From an uncultured Chloroflexia bacterium (GTDB lineage Bacteria; Chloroflexota; Anaerolineae; B4-G1; SLSP01): a DNA stretch of 64,000 nt. The translations under genes were made by a program, and so were the position numbers. Positions 19,341 to 27,379 of this stretch are shown here, piece by piece. The DNA lies in the NCBI GenBank assembly GCA_963751345.1, contig CAVVUS010000040.1, positions 1-64,000 on the forward strand. The letters are read 5' to 3'. How positions within the stretch are numbered: the first letter of the stretch is position 1; each line of letters begins with the position of its first letter. The notes below the pieces were generated by a model, which saw only the letters and a program-made list of their open reading frames with translations, had not been told where the DNA came from and did no database searches.

Positions 19341-21497
19341 ATGGAACCGATCAGCTTTGACAAGACTTGCTACTGGGTAGACGGCAGACCCACCTATCTC
19401 AACTCGGGCGAGTTTCATTACTTTCGCGTGCCGAAGCCAGACTGGCGCCGTCGCATGGAGCTCTTCAAGAAGGCGGGAGGAAACTGCCTGGCGACGTACA
19501 TTCCGTGGCTGATCCACGAGCCCGGCGAGGGCACCTTCGTCTTCGACGCGGGGGATGGCATCACAGACCTGGAGGCTTTTCTCCGTGTGGCTGCCGACGT
19601 CGGACTGTACGTCACCGCCCGACCCGGACCGTATCAGTACTCAGAGCTGATCTACGGCGGCCTACCTGAGTGGCTCTTCAAACGCTATCCCGAGGTGCTG
19701 GCGCGGACGCCAGAAGGCGATCCCTTCGGCCTCCCCTCCGTCTCCTACCTCCATCCGGTCTTCCTCGAGAAGGTCGTCGCGTGGTTCGATGCAGTCTGCC
19801 CGATCCTGGCCCGGCATACGCTGAGCAAGGGTGGCCCCATCGCTTTCACCCAACTCGACAACGAACTGATGGGTATCCACATCTGGTTCGGCGGACTGGA
19901 CTACAACCATGAATCGATGGGGATCGGGGTGCCCGGCGGGCGATACCCACGCTTCCTGAAGGCGCGCTATGAGGGCATCGCCAAGCTCAACACCGCCTAC
20001 GGCACGCACTACGCCGCGTTCGACGAAGTGCGGCCCATTCCGACCGACGATGTGCTGACAGGCAGCCGTTCTGCCATCCTCTGGCGGCGCGACTACTTCG
20101 ACTTCTACCGCGACGCCACGACGGCGTACGCACTGACACTCCGGGATCTGCTTCGCGAGCGCGGCATCGACACGCCGTTTATCCACAACTCCGCTAACCC
20201 CTCCATGAACGCCTACTTCGTGGAGATGGCGGGCGCGCTTAGCGACAATTTCCTCCTCGGCTCCGATCACTACTACAACCTCAGCCAGAGCTGGCCGCAG
20301 AACAACCCCACCCCACAATACGCGCGAAACGTCTTTCTCTCCAACGAGGAACTACGCCTGCTCGGCTATCCCCCAACAGTCCTGGAGCTTCCCAGCGGCA
20401 GCGCATCCGACTGGCCTCCCATCACGGCCCACGACGCCAAGGCCTGCTATATGACGAACCTCGCGTATGGGATGAAGGGGCACAACTACTACGTCTTCAC
20501 CGGCGGGCCGAACCCGCCCGGTGTGGGTGAGACAACCGACCTCTACGACTACGGTGCGCCCATCGGCCCCAGCGGACAGGTGCGCCCGCTGTATACGGCG
20601 CAGGCCGAGTTCGCCCGGTTCATCGCGGACCACGCCTGGCTGACGCAGGCCGGGCGCGCGCACGACTGCCGGATCGGCATAAGCTTTGGGTACGCCCGCG
20701 CCGAGCGATACTGGCGAGAGCGCGGCGACTTCCTTTTCTCGGCCAGCGATGCATGGCACTTCCTCGATGAGGGACTACTGACCACGGCGTTTTGCGCCGG
20801 TCTCAGCCCGAACTGCGTCAATCTTGACGCCGACGAGTGGGTGGCGGATGTGGAGACACCCCTTCTGGTCGCAGCCTCAGACTGTATGGCGCGCGCCCAA
20901 CAGGAGCGCATCGTGCACTTTCTCGAGAACGGCGGGCGGGCACTGATCACGCCGCTGCTTCCAAGGTTCGACGACGATCTGGCGCCGTGCACCGTGCTTG
21001 CCGATTTCATCGGTGCGCCGACCTGGCGTCGCAGCGCCCAGACCGTTATCCGCGTCCTCGTTGAGGGCCCGCATCAGACCGTGTCGAACGTCCTCAAGAA
21101 CGAGGTCTTCTTCGCCGACACACTTCCCGATGAGGCCGAGGTCTGCGGCATCGACGAGCGTACCGGTTCGCCGCTGGCGTGGCAGGTGTCCACGCCCGGA
21201 GGGGGCACCGTGATCGTGTTGGGGCTGGCGTGGGATCACCGGAAAAACGAGCAGGCCGAAATGCTGTTGGCCATCGCCGACCGCTTGGGGCTGCAGCGCA
21301 GGGTGATCTGCTCCAACCCAAACATCTGGACCTCGCTGCGCTTCTACGGCAGCCAGGGCGTGCTCTTCCTGATTAACCTATTCTCAACGCCTATGGAGGC
21401 TGAGATCAGCTATCGCACGATGGCCGGCGGGCACGTTGACCTGGGGGAGCACCACGTGGGGGCGATATCGGTTCTAGCGCTGGAGGTAACAGCATGA
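19341..21497 (+). CDS. beta-galactosidase-like glycoside hydrolase (GH35/GH42 clan)
   Basis: SGEFHYFRVP, TYIPW..HEP.EG, ARPGPY, QLDNE, NYYVFTGG.N, YDYGAPI. Start 19341; the ORF-track N-terminal extension overlaps the SIS gene. Confidence 0.85.
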   Translation: MEPISFDKTCYWVDGRPTYLNSGEFHYFRVPKPDWRRRMELFKKAGGNCLATYIPWLIHEPGEGTFVFDAGDGITDLEAFLRVAADVGLYVTARPGPYQYSELIYGGLPEWLFKRYPEVLARTPEGDPFGLPSVSYLHPVFLEKVVAWFDAVCPILARHTLSKGGPIAFTQLDNELMGIHIWFGGLDYNHESMGIGVPGGRYPRFLKARYEGIAKLNTAYGTHYAAFDEVRPIPTDDVLTGSRSAILWRRDYFDFYRDATTAYALTLRDLLRERGIDTPFIHNSANPSMNAYFVEMAGALSDNFLLGSDHYYNLSQSWPQNNPTPQYARNVFLSNEELRLLGYPPTVLELPSGSASDWPPITAHDAKACYMTNLAYGMKGHNYYVFTGGPNPPGVGETTDLYDYGAPIGPSGQVRPLYTAQAEFARFIADHAWLTQAGRAHDCRIGISFGYARAERYWRERGDFLFSASDAWHFLDEGLLTTAFCAGLSPNCVNLDADEWVADVETPLLVAASDCMARAQQERIVHFLENGGRALITPLLPRFDDDLAPCTVLADFIGAPTWRRSAQTVIRVLVEGPHQTVSNVLKNEVFFADTLPDEAEVCGIDERTGSPLAWQVSTPGGGTVIVLGLAWDHRKNEQAEMLLAIADRLGLQRRVICSNPNIWTSLRFYGSQGVLFLINLFSTPMEAEISYRTMAGGHVDLGEHHVGAISVLALEVTA

Positions 21498-22627
21498 AGT
21501 TTCAGTTTCGCCCCACCGTGGTCGACACAGACCTGGAGATTACGAACTACGCGCAGACCTGCCTTGTCGACCTGGACAATGACGGACACCTCGAATACAT
21601 CGTAGGGCAGCAATACGGCGACGTGTACTGGTACAAGACGACGGACCAGGGTCGATGGGTGCGCCATCTGCTCGGCACGGATTCGCCGTCAGACGTCGGA
21701 GCAGTGGCTATTGACGTCGACGGCGATGGTTGGATAGATTTCGTCGCCGGTGGCGCCTGGTACCGGAACAGCCGTGATCCAGACGTCCCATTCACGCGCA
21801 TCGTCTTCGATCCGGGGCTCGCGGGCGTCCACGATGTGGTCGCCGCCGATATCGACGGCGACGGTCGGATCGAGGTGCTCACAATGTCCGACCAGAACGA
21901 CCTGAGGTGGTACAAGATCCCTGACAACCCCGTCCAGCCTTGGCCCGTGCATCGCATCGGGAAAGGGGTGCACGCAGGACTCTCCACCGGCGATCTCAAC
22001 GGCAACGGCTATCTCGATGTCGTCCGGACCGATGTCTGGTTCGAGAACGTGGACGGAACCGGCACCCGCTGGCTCGAACACGCCATCGGCCCCAACACAC
22101 CGCCGCCCCCCGACTTCCAGCCCTACTTCGCCTTTGACGCCACCTATAGTCACGTGTGCGATATGAACGGCAGCGGCGCCAACGACGTTGTCTTCACCGA
22201 CGCGGAAATCCCCGGTGGAAAGATATGGTGGATGGAGAACGTCAATGGCACAGGTTTTGCTTGGAAGCGGCACGACGTCTACGTCTGGAACCCGAGCCGT
22301 GAGCCGCGCCGCGGCGCCTATCACAGCCTCTACGTGGGCGACCTCGATGGCGACGGCGACCTGGACATCTTCAGTTGCGAGATGGAAGCCGTCGGTGGCG
22401 CGGCACCACCCCGTTGGTACATCTGGGAGAATCTGGATGGGCGCGGAATCACGTGGCAGGAGCACGTGATCCTCGACGCCAACCTGGGAGGCCACGCCGC
22501 CGTTCTAGGTGACCTGACAGGCAACGGGCTGCTCGACATCGTCTCGAAGCCATGGCTGCCGCGAGCCGAGAACGCCGTTGGTGGCAAGATGTACGTGGTC
22601 TTTCTGGCCAATGTTAGTGAATCCTGA
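21494..22627 (+). CDS. FG-GAP/VCBS-repeat beta-propeller protein, no signal peptide
   Basis: Seven DxDGDG-like blades (DLDNDG, DVDGDG, DIDGDG, DLNGNG, DMNGSG, DLDGDG, DLTGNG); ATGA overlap with the upstream gene. Confidence 0.8.
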   Translation: MKFQFRPTVVDTDLEITNYAQTCLVDLDNDGHLEYIVGQQYGDVYWYKTTDQGRWVRHLLGTDSPSDVGAVAIDVDGDGWIDFVAGGAWYRNSRDPDVPFTRIVFDPGLAGVHDVVAADIDGDGRIEVLTMSDQNDLRWYKIPDNPVQPWPVHRIGKGVHAGLSTGDLNGNGYLDVVRTDVWFENVDGTGTRWLEHAIGPNTPPPPDFQPYFAFDATYSHVCDMNGSGANDVVFTDAEIPGGKIWWMENVNGTGFAWKRHDVYVWNPSREPRRGAYHSLYVGDLDGDGDLDIFSCEMEAVGGAAPPRWYIWENLDGRGITWQEHVILDANLGGHAAVLGDLTGNGLLDIVSKPWLPRAENAVGGKMYVVFLANVSES

Positions 22628-22636
22628 GGAGGATCG

Positions 22637-23644
22637 ATGACCCACGACACATCCCCACTGCAGTGGGGGCTACTATCTACGGCGCGCATCAACAGCGCCC
22701 TGATCGAACCGATACGCAGAGCGGAGCGAAGCGCCCTGACCGGCGTGGCGAGTCGCAGTTTATCACGCGCCAAAGCCTACGCCGACGAGTGGGGCATCCC
22801 CAAGGCCTACGGCTCCTACGAGGCGATGCTTGCCGACCCTGCGATCGACGTCGTCTACATCTCGCTCCCTAACTCGATGCATATCGAGTGGGCGGTCAAG
22901 GCCGCCGACGCCGGGAAACACGTCCTGTGCGAGAAGCCGATGGTTCAGACAATCGCGGAGTTCGACGAGCTCGAGGCTGCAGCGGAACGCAACGAGGTCA
23001 CGATCTTCGAGGCCTTTATGTATCTGCACCACCCGCAGACACTCAAGGCCCAGGAGATGATCGCTGCAGGCAAGATCGGCCGCCTCCAGCTTATACGGAG
23101 CTGGTTCAGCTTCTATCTGCCGCCGGAGGAGTCGTCGAATATCAGACTCAATCCCGACCTCGCCGGTGGCTCCATCTGGGACGTCGGCGTCTACCCGAAC
23201 AGCATGGCAATCACGATGGCCGACGCCCGGCCTGTCGATGTGTGGGCACAGCAGACGGTTGGCGAGACCGGGGTCGACGTCACGATGATCGGCCAGCTGC
23301 GGTTCTCGAGCGCCGTCAGCGCCCAGATTGCGTGTGGCTTCCGAATGCCCTTTACGGAAGGGACCGTGATCGTTGGCGACGAGGGCATCCTTACAATTCC
23401 CCATCCCTGGAAGCCGAGTCTCGACGGCACGACAGCCGAGCTGCGCTATGCTCCACGGGCAGGCATAGAAAGGGTCATCGACGTCGACGACTTTGATCCC
23501 TACCTCGGCGAGGTGCACGCGATGGAGGCGTGCGTCCTGGACGGCGCCGACCCCGTGGTGCCACTGACGCGCAGCCGCGACTTCCTGCGCAGCGTGCTCG
23601 CGCTCTACGAATCCGCGCGCACGGGGAAGGTCGTCGCGGTGTGA
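22637..23644 (+). CDS. Gfo/Idh/MocA family oxidoreductase
   Basis: WGLLSTARI, DVVYISLPN..H, GKHVLCEKP, GGSIWDVGVYP. Confidence 0.9.
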   Translation: MTHDTSPLQWGLLSTARINSALIEPIRRAERSALTGVASRSLSRAKAYADEWGIPKAYGSYEAMLADPAIDVVYISLPNSMHIEWAVKAADAGKHVLCEKPMVQTIAEFDELEAAAERNEVTIFEAFMYLHHPQTLKAQEMIAAGKIGRLQLIRSWFSFYLPPEESSNIRLNPDLAGGSIWDVGVYPNSMAITMADARPVDVWAQQTVGETGVDVTMIGQLRFSSAVSAQIACGFRMPFTEGTVIVGDEGILTIPHPWKPSLDGTTAELRYAPRAGIERVIDVDDFDPYLGEVHAMEACVLDGADPVVPLTRSRDFLRSVLALYESARTGKVVAV

Positions 23645-23753
23645 GCAGCTCTCACTTTACGGAGAATCGAGCACGAGTCCCCGGCGTTGTCTGCCAGGGT
23701 TCCGCAAGAGTTCGTCATTCTTGCATTTTGGATATTAGCATTCTGGAGTGTCT

Positions 23754-25862
23754 ATGACCCTTCCACTCGATTACGAAGAACGCGTCTACGCCGGTGTGCT
23801 CGGCAAGATCATCGGTGTCTATCTGGGCCGCCCGTTCGAGGGTTGGCCCTATGGCCGCATCACGCACGAGCTCGGCGACATCAACTACTACGTCCACGAG
23901 CAACTCGGCAAGCCGCTGATCGTCACCGATGACGATATCTCCGGCACCTTCACCTTCGTCCGCGCCCTTGAGGACTACGGCAATGACCGGGGAATCACGC
24001 CTGCCCAGATCGGGCAGACTTGGCTGAACTATCTCATCGAGGAGCGCACGGTGCTCTGGTGGGGTGGGATGGGCAACTCCACGGAGCATACCGCCTACCT
24101 GCGGCTGAAGTCGGGCATCCCGGCGCCCCGCAGTGGCTCGATCGCACTCAACGGCCAAGTCGTGGCCGAACAGATCGGGGCGCAGATCTTCATCGACGGC
24201 TGGGCGATGGTGGCGCCCGGGGACCCCGCGTTTGCCGCAGACCTCGCGCGCCGGGCCGCCAGTGTCAGCCACGACGGGGAGGCCATCTACGGGGCGCAGG
24301 TCCTCGCGGCTATGGAGGCGCAGGCCTTTGTCGAGCCCAATCTCGATGCCCTGATCGATACCGGCCTCCGCTTTATCCCGAAGGACGCTGTCATCCACCG
24401 GATGATCGGCGAGTTGCGCGAGCTCCGGGTCCGCGAGGACGACTGGCGGGAGGCGCGGAGCTGGCTCGATGCTCACTACGGCTACGCCATCTACGGCGGC
24501 AACGTCCACATGGTGCCCAACCACGGCTTGATGATTCTGAGCCTGCTCTACGGCGACGACGACTTCCAGAAGACGCTGATGATCGTCAACACCTCGGGCT
24601 GGGATACTGACTGCAACAGCGGCAACGTCGGCTGCCTCATGGGCATCAAGAACGGGCTCGCGGGGCTCGCACAGGGCCCAGACTACCGCGGCCCGGTGGC
24701 CGACCGCCTCTACCTGCCCACTGCCGACGGCGGGCGCGCCGTCACCGACGCCGCAAGTGAAACTTACCGCCTCGTCAACAGCGGGCGCGGCCTGCAGGGA
24801 CTCGCCCCGCTGCTGCCGAAAGGCGGGCCACGCTTCCACTTCGATCTACCAGGGGCGGTTCAGGGGTTCGTGCCCGACAACGCAACGGACGCCCGCGGAA
24901 CGCTGCGACTGGAAAACGTCGAAGGGCATAGCGCAGCCGGGCACCGGTCGCTGGCGCTGCACTTCGAGGGCGTGGCCACGGGCCGGGTCGCCCGCGCCGG
25001 CACGGCGACCTTCCTCACGCCCGAGGCAGCACAGATGCCCGGATATGGCCTGATCTGCTCCCCCACCCTCTACGCAGGACAGACCGTGCGAGCGCGGGTC
25101 GAGGCCGGCGCAGCCAACGCCAAGCCGGTCACCTGCAATCTCTACCTGCGGATGTACGGCTCGGACGACGTCCCCATTACCCGGCGCGGGCCGCAGGCCG
25201 TATTAGGGCCGGAGGCCGCGCACGATTTCGTCTGGCCGATCGACGATACCCAGGGCGCCCCGATCGCGGAGGTAGGGCTGGAGGTGCACTCGGCTTCTCG
25301 AGCTGACGGCACCGTCTACCTGGACACGCTGACCTGGGATGGCACCCCGGACGTCACGCTGACACTGCCGCCGCACGGCGGCACGATGTGGACGCGGGCG
25401 TGGGTGGACGCCGTTGATCACGTGTGGTTTGGACCGTCGATCCGCATCAGCCAGGACCGCGGCACGGGCCTGCTCATCCAGGGCACGCGTGAATGGACCG
25501 ACTACGAGGTCGAGGCCACCATCAGGCCGCACCTGGCGCGCCGCACGGGTATCGCAGCACGGGTCCAGGGCTTGTCGCGGTACTACGCGCTCCTGCTGTG
25601 CGACGATCGGAAACTCCGGCTCGTCCGGGCGCTCGACGGCGAGAGCGTCCTGGCCGAAGTAGACTATGAGTGGCAGCTCGACGAGCAGTACGATCTGCGT
25701 CTCTCCGTTCGCGGGACATCGTTGGAGGCCCGGGTCAATGACGAACTCATCGCGACGGCCGAGGTCCCTCTCGAACCGCTCGACTGCGGGGCCATTGCCC
25801 TCGTCTGCGATGTGGGACGTATCGACGTTGGTCAGGTCCGCGTTCACGCAAACGGGGGTTGA
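23754..25862 (+). CDS. ADP-ribosylglycohydrolase family protein with C-terminal beta-sandwich region
   Basis: GVYLGRPFEGW, VTDDD, GAQIFID, GWDTDCNSGN motifs. Confidence 0.82.
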   Translation: MTLPLDYEERVYAGVLGKIIGVYLGRPFEGWPYGRITHELGDINYYVHEQLGKPLIVTDDDISGTFTFVRALEDYGNDRGITPAQIGQTWLNYLIEERTVLWWGGMGNSTEHTAYLRLKSGIPAPRSGSIALNGQVVAEQIGAQIFIDGWAMVAPGDPAFAADLARRAASVSHDGEAIYGAQVLAAMEAQAFVEPNLDALIDTGLRFIPKDAVIHRMIGELRELRVREDDWREARSWLDAHYGYAIYGGNVHMVPNHGLMILSLLYGDDDFQKTLMIVNTSGWDTDCNSGNVGCLMGIKNGLAGLAQGPDYRGPVADRLYLPTADGGRAVTDAASETYRLVNSGRGLQGLAPLLPKGGPRFHFDLPGAVQGFVPDNATDARGTLRLENVEGHSAAGHRSLALHFEGVATGRVARAGTATFLTPEAAQMPGYGLICSPTLYAGQTVRARVEAGAANAKPVTCNLYLRMYGSDDVPITRRGPQAVLGPEAAHDFVWPIDDTQGAPIAEVGLEVHSASRADGTVYLDTLTWDGTPDVTLTLPPHGGTMWTRAWVDAVDHVWFGPSIRISQDRGTGLLIQGTREWTDYEVEATIRPHLARRTGIAARVQGLSRYYALLLCDDRKLRLVRALDGESVLAEVDYEWQLDEQYDLRLSVRGTSLEARVNDELIATAEVPLEPLDCGAIALVCDVGRIDVGQVRVHANGG

Positions 25863-25887
25863 CTTTTCGCCCAGGTTATGCTAGAGT
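25859..25887 (+). promoter_or_regulatory. sigma70-type promoter of the citrate synthase operon
   Basis: TTGACT (25859-25864), 17-nt spacer, TGn-TAGAGT (25882-25887). Confidence 0.7.
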
Positions 25888-25908
25888 CTTACCATTATCA
25901 GCAACACG

Positions 25909-25992
25909 ATGAGCAACGTTATGATCCTACTTCTGGCTAGCCGACAGCCTAATAAGCCTCAGCCTATGCCACCCTCCACGCGGGGCGGTTGA
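25909..25992 (+). CDS. putative attenuator leader peptide MSNVMILLLASRQPNKPQPMPPSTRGG (27 aa)
   Basis: Short ORF between promoter and terminator; its stop codon lies within the candidate antiterminator strand. No clear SD. Confidence 0.55.
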   Translation: MSNVMILLLASRQPNKPQPMPPSTRGG

Positions 25993-26025
25993 TGCTTTAC
26001 AACTAGCCACCACCTGAGCCAAATC

Positions 26026-26059
26026 AACCAGCCTACCGCAAGTAGGCTGGTTTTCGTTT
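26026..26059 (+). terminator. intrinsic terminator (attenuator) in the citrate synthase leader
   Basis: 11-bp perfect stem AACCAGCCTAC / GTAGGCTGGTT, loop CGCAA, followed by TTCGTTT. Confidence 0.8.
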
Positions 26060-26205
26060 ACGTGAGAGTAGGCGAGGGGTCAGGGCTTGATGTGACGGGA
26101 GGAGAGAGATGTCGATGGGACTACGCGCAGATTCTATGGAGACAGCCACAACCCGCGCTTGCGGGGCTTCCAGAGCCCTCGAGGACACCTCAGAGGACGC
26201 GCAGG

Positions 26206-27363
26206 ATGCAGCAGCCGATGCCGATACGCATGACGGTCACGCCCGCCATCCACGAGGGGCTCGCAGGCGTCGTGATCGGCCACAGCAAAATCTGCGCCGT
26301 CAACGGTGAGCAGGGGACACTCAGCTATCGCGGCTATGATATCGGTGAGATGGCATGTCATGCCAGCTTCGAGGAGACCGTCTACCTTCTCTGGTACGGC
26401 GACCTGCCCACGCAGGACCAACTCACAGACTTCACCGGGAGATTGGTCGCCGAGCGTGAGATCGAGGATGCGGTGTGGCGCATTCTCACCTTGCTCCCGA
26501 CAAACGTCGAGCCGATGGACGCCCTGCGTACCGCCGTGTCGGCCCTCTCGTGTGCTGAGGAGAACAGCAGCACATCGAGCGCCGCCGCAAATGAGGAACA
26601 GGCCACGCGCCTCGTCGCCAGAGTGCCCACGATCGTAGCGAATTACTATCGCCACCAACATGGCCTGGAGCGCATCCATCCGGATCCCACGCTGGGTCAC
26701 GCCGCGAATTTCCTCTATATGATCCACGGGGAGACGCCGACCGGGATGACGGTGAGTTCCATGGATCTGGCGATGCTCTTGATGGCAGAACACGGCTACA
26801 ACGCGTCAACCTTCGCCGCGCGCGTCACCGCAGCGACGCTGGCCGACATGTATTCGGCGGTGACGACGGCAGTTGGTACACTCAAAGGTCCCTTGCACGG
26901 CGGCGCAAACCGGCGGGCTATGCAGATGATGCTGGAGATTGGGGACGCGGCCAACGCGGAGAGCTACATATCGGACGCACTGGCGCGAAAAGAGCGCATC
27001 ATGGGCTTTGGGCACCGCGTGTACCGCGGCGCACCCGATCCTCGTTCGGCCTATCTGCGCGGTCGCCTCTACGAGCTGTGCGCTGAGATGGGTGACTTTC
27101 ACTTCTATGAGCTCGCCACGGCCATCGCGGAGACCGTAGAGGCGAAGAAAGGCCTCTACCCCAACGTCGATTTCTACGCAGCGCCTGTCCTTTATCTTCT
27201 CGGGATCCCGCTGTCACTCTTCGTGCCTGTCTTTGCCGCCAGCCGAATACCGGGCTGGACGGCTCACGTGATGGAGCAGCAGACGAACAACCGCATCATC
27301 CGGCCGCTCTCTGCCTATGTCGGGCCGGAGAACCGGACTTATCTCCCAATTGAACAAAGGTAG
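26206..27363 (+). CDS. gltA: citrate synthase (Si-type)
   Basis: YRGY, EHGYNASTF, GPLHGGAN, GFGHRVY, DPR, YPNVDFY, RIIRP. Start uncertain: ATG 26206 or 26230, or ATG 26109 (strong GGAGGAG SD) with a frameshift near 26240. Confidence 0.9.
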   Translation: MQQPMPIRMTVTPAIHEGLAGVVIGHSKICAVNGEQGTLSYRGYDIGEMACHASFEETVYLLWYGDLPTQDQLTDFTGRLVAEREIEDAVWRILTLLPTNVEPMDALRTAVSALSCAEENSSTSSAAANEEQATRLVARVPTIVANYYRHQHGLERIHPDPTLGHAANFLYMIHGETPTGMTVSSMDLAMLLMAEHGYNASTFAARVTAATLADMYSAVTTAVGTLKGPLHGGANRRAMQMMLEIGDAANAESYISDALARKERIMGFGHRVYRGAPDPRSAYLRGRLYELCAEMGDFHFYELATAIAETVEAKKGLYPNVDFYAAPVLYLLGIPLSLFVPVFAASRIPGWTAHVMEQQTNNRIIRPLSAYVGPENRTYLPIEQR

Positions 27364-27379
27364 GCCCAGGAGGGCAACG

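Noticed and set aside
25890-26060. T-box or metabolite riboswitch in the gltA leader
   Set aside because: No T-box (GGTGG-ACC) antiterminator motif or known aptamer consensus is visible; leader-peptide geometry fits better.
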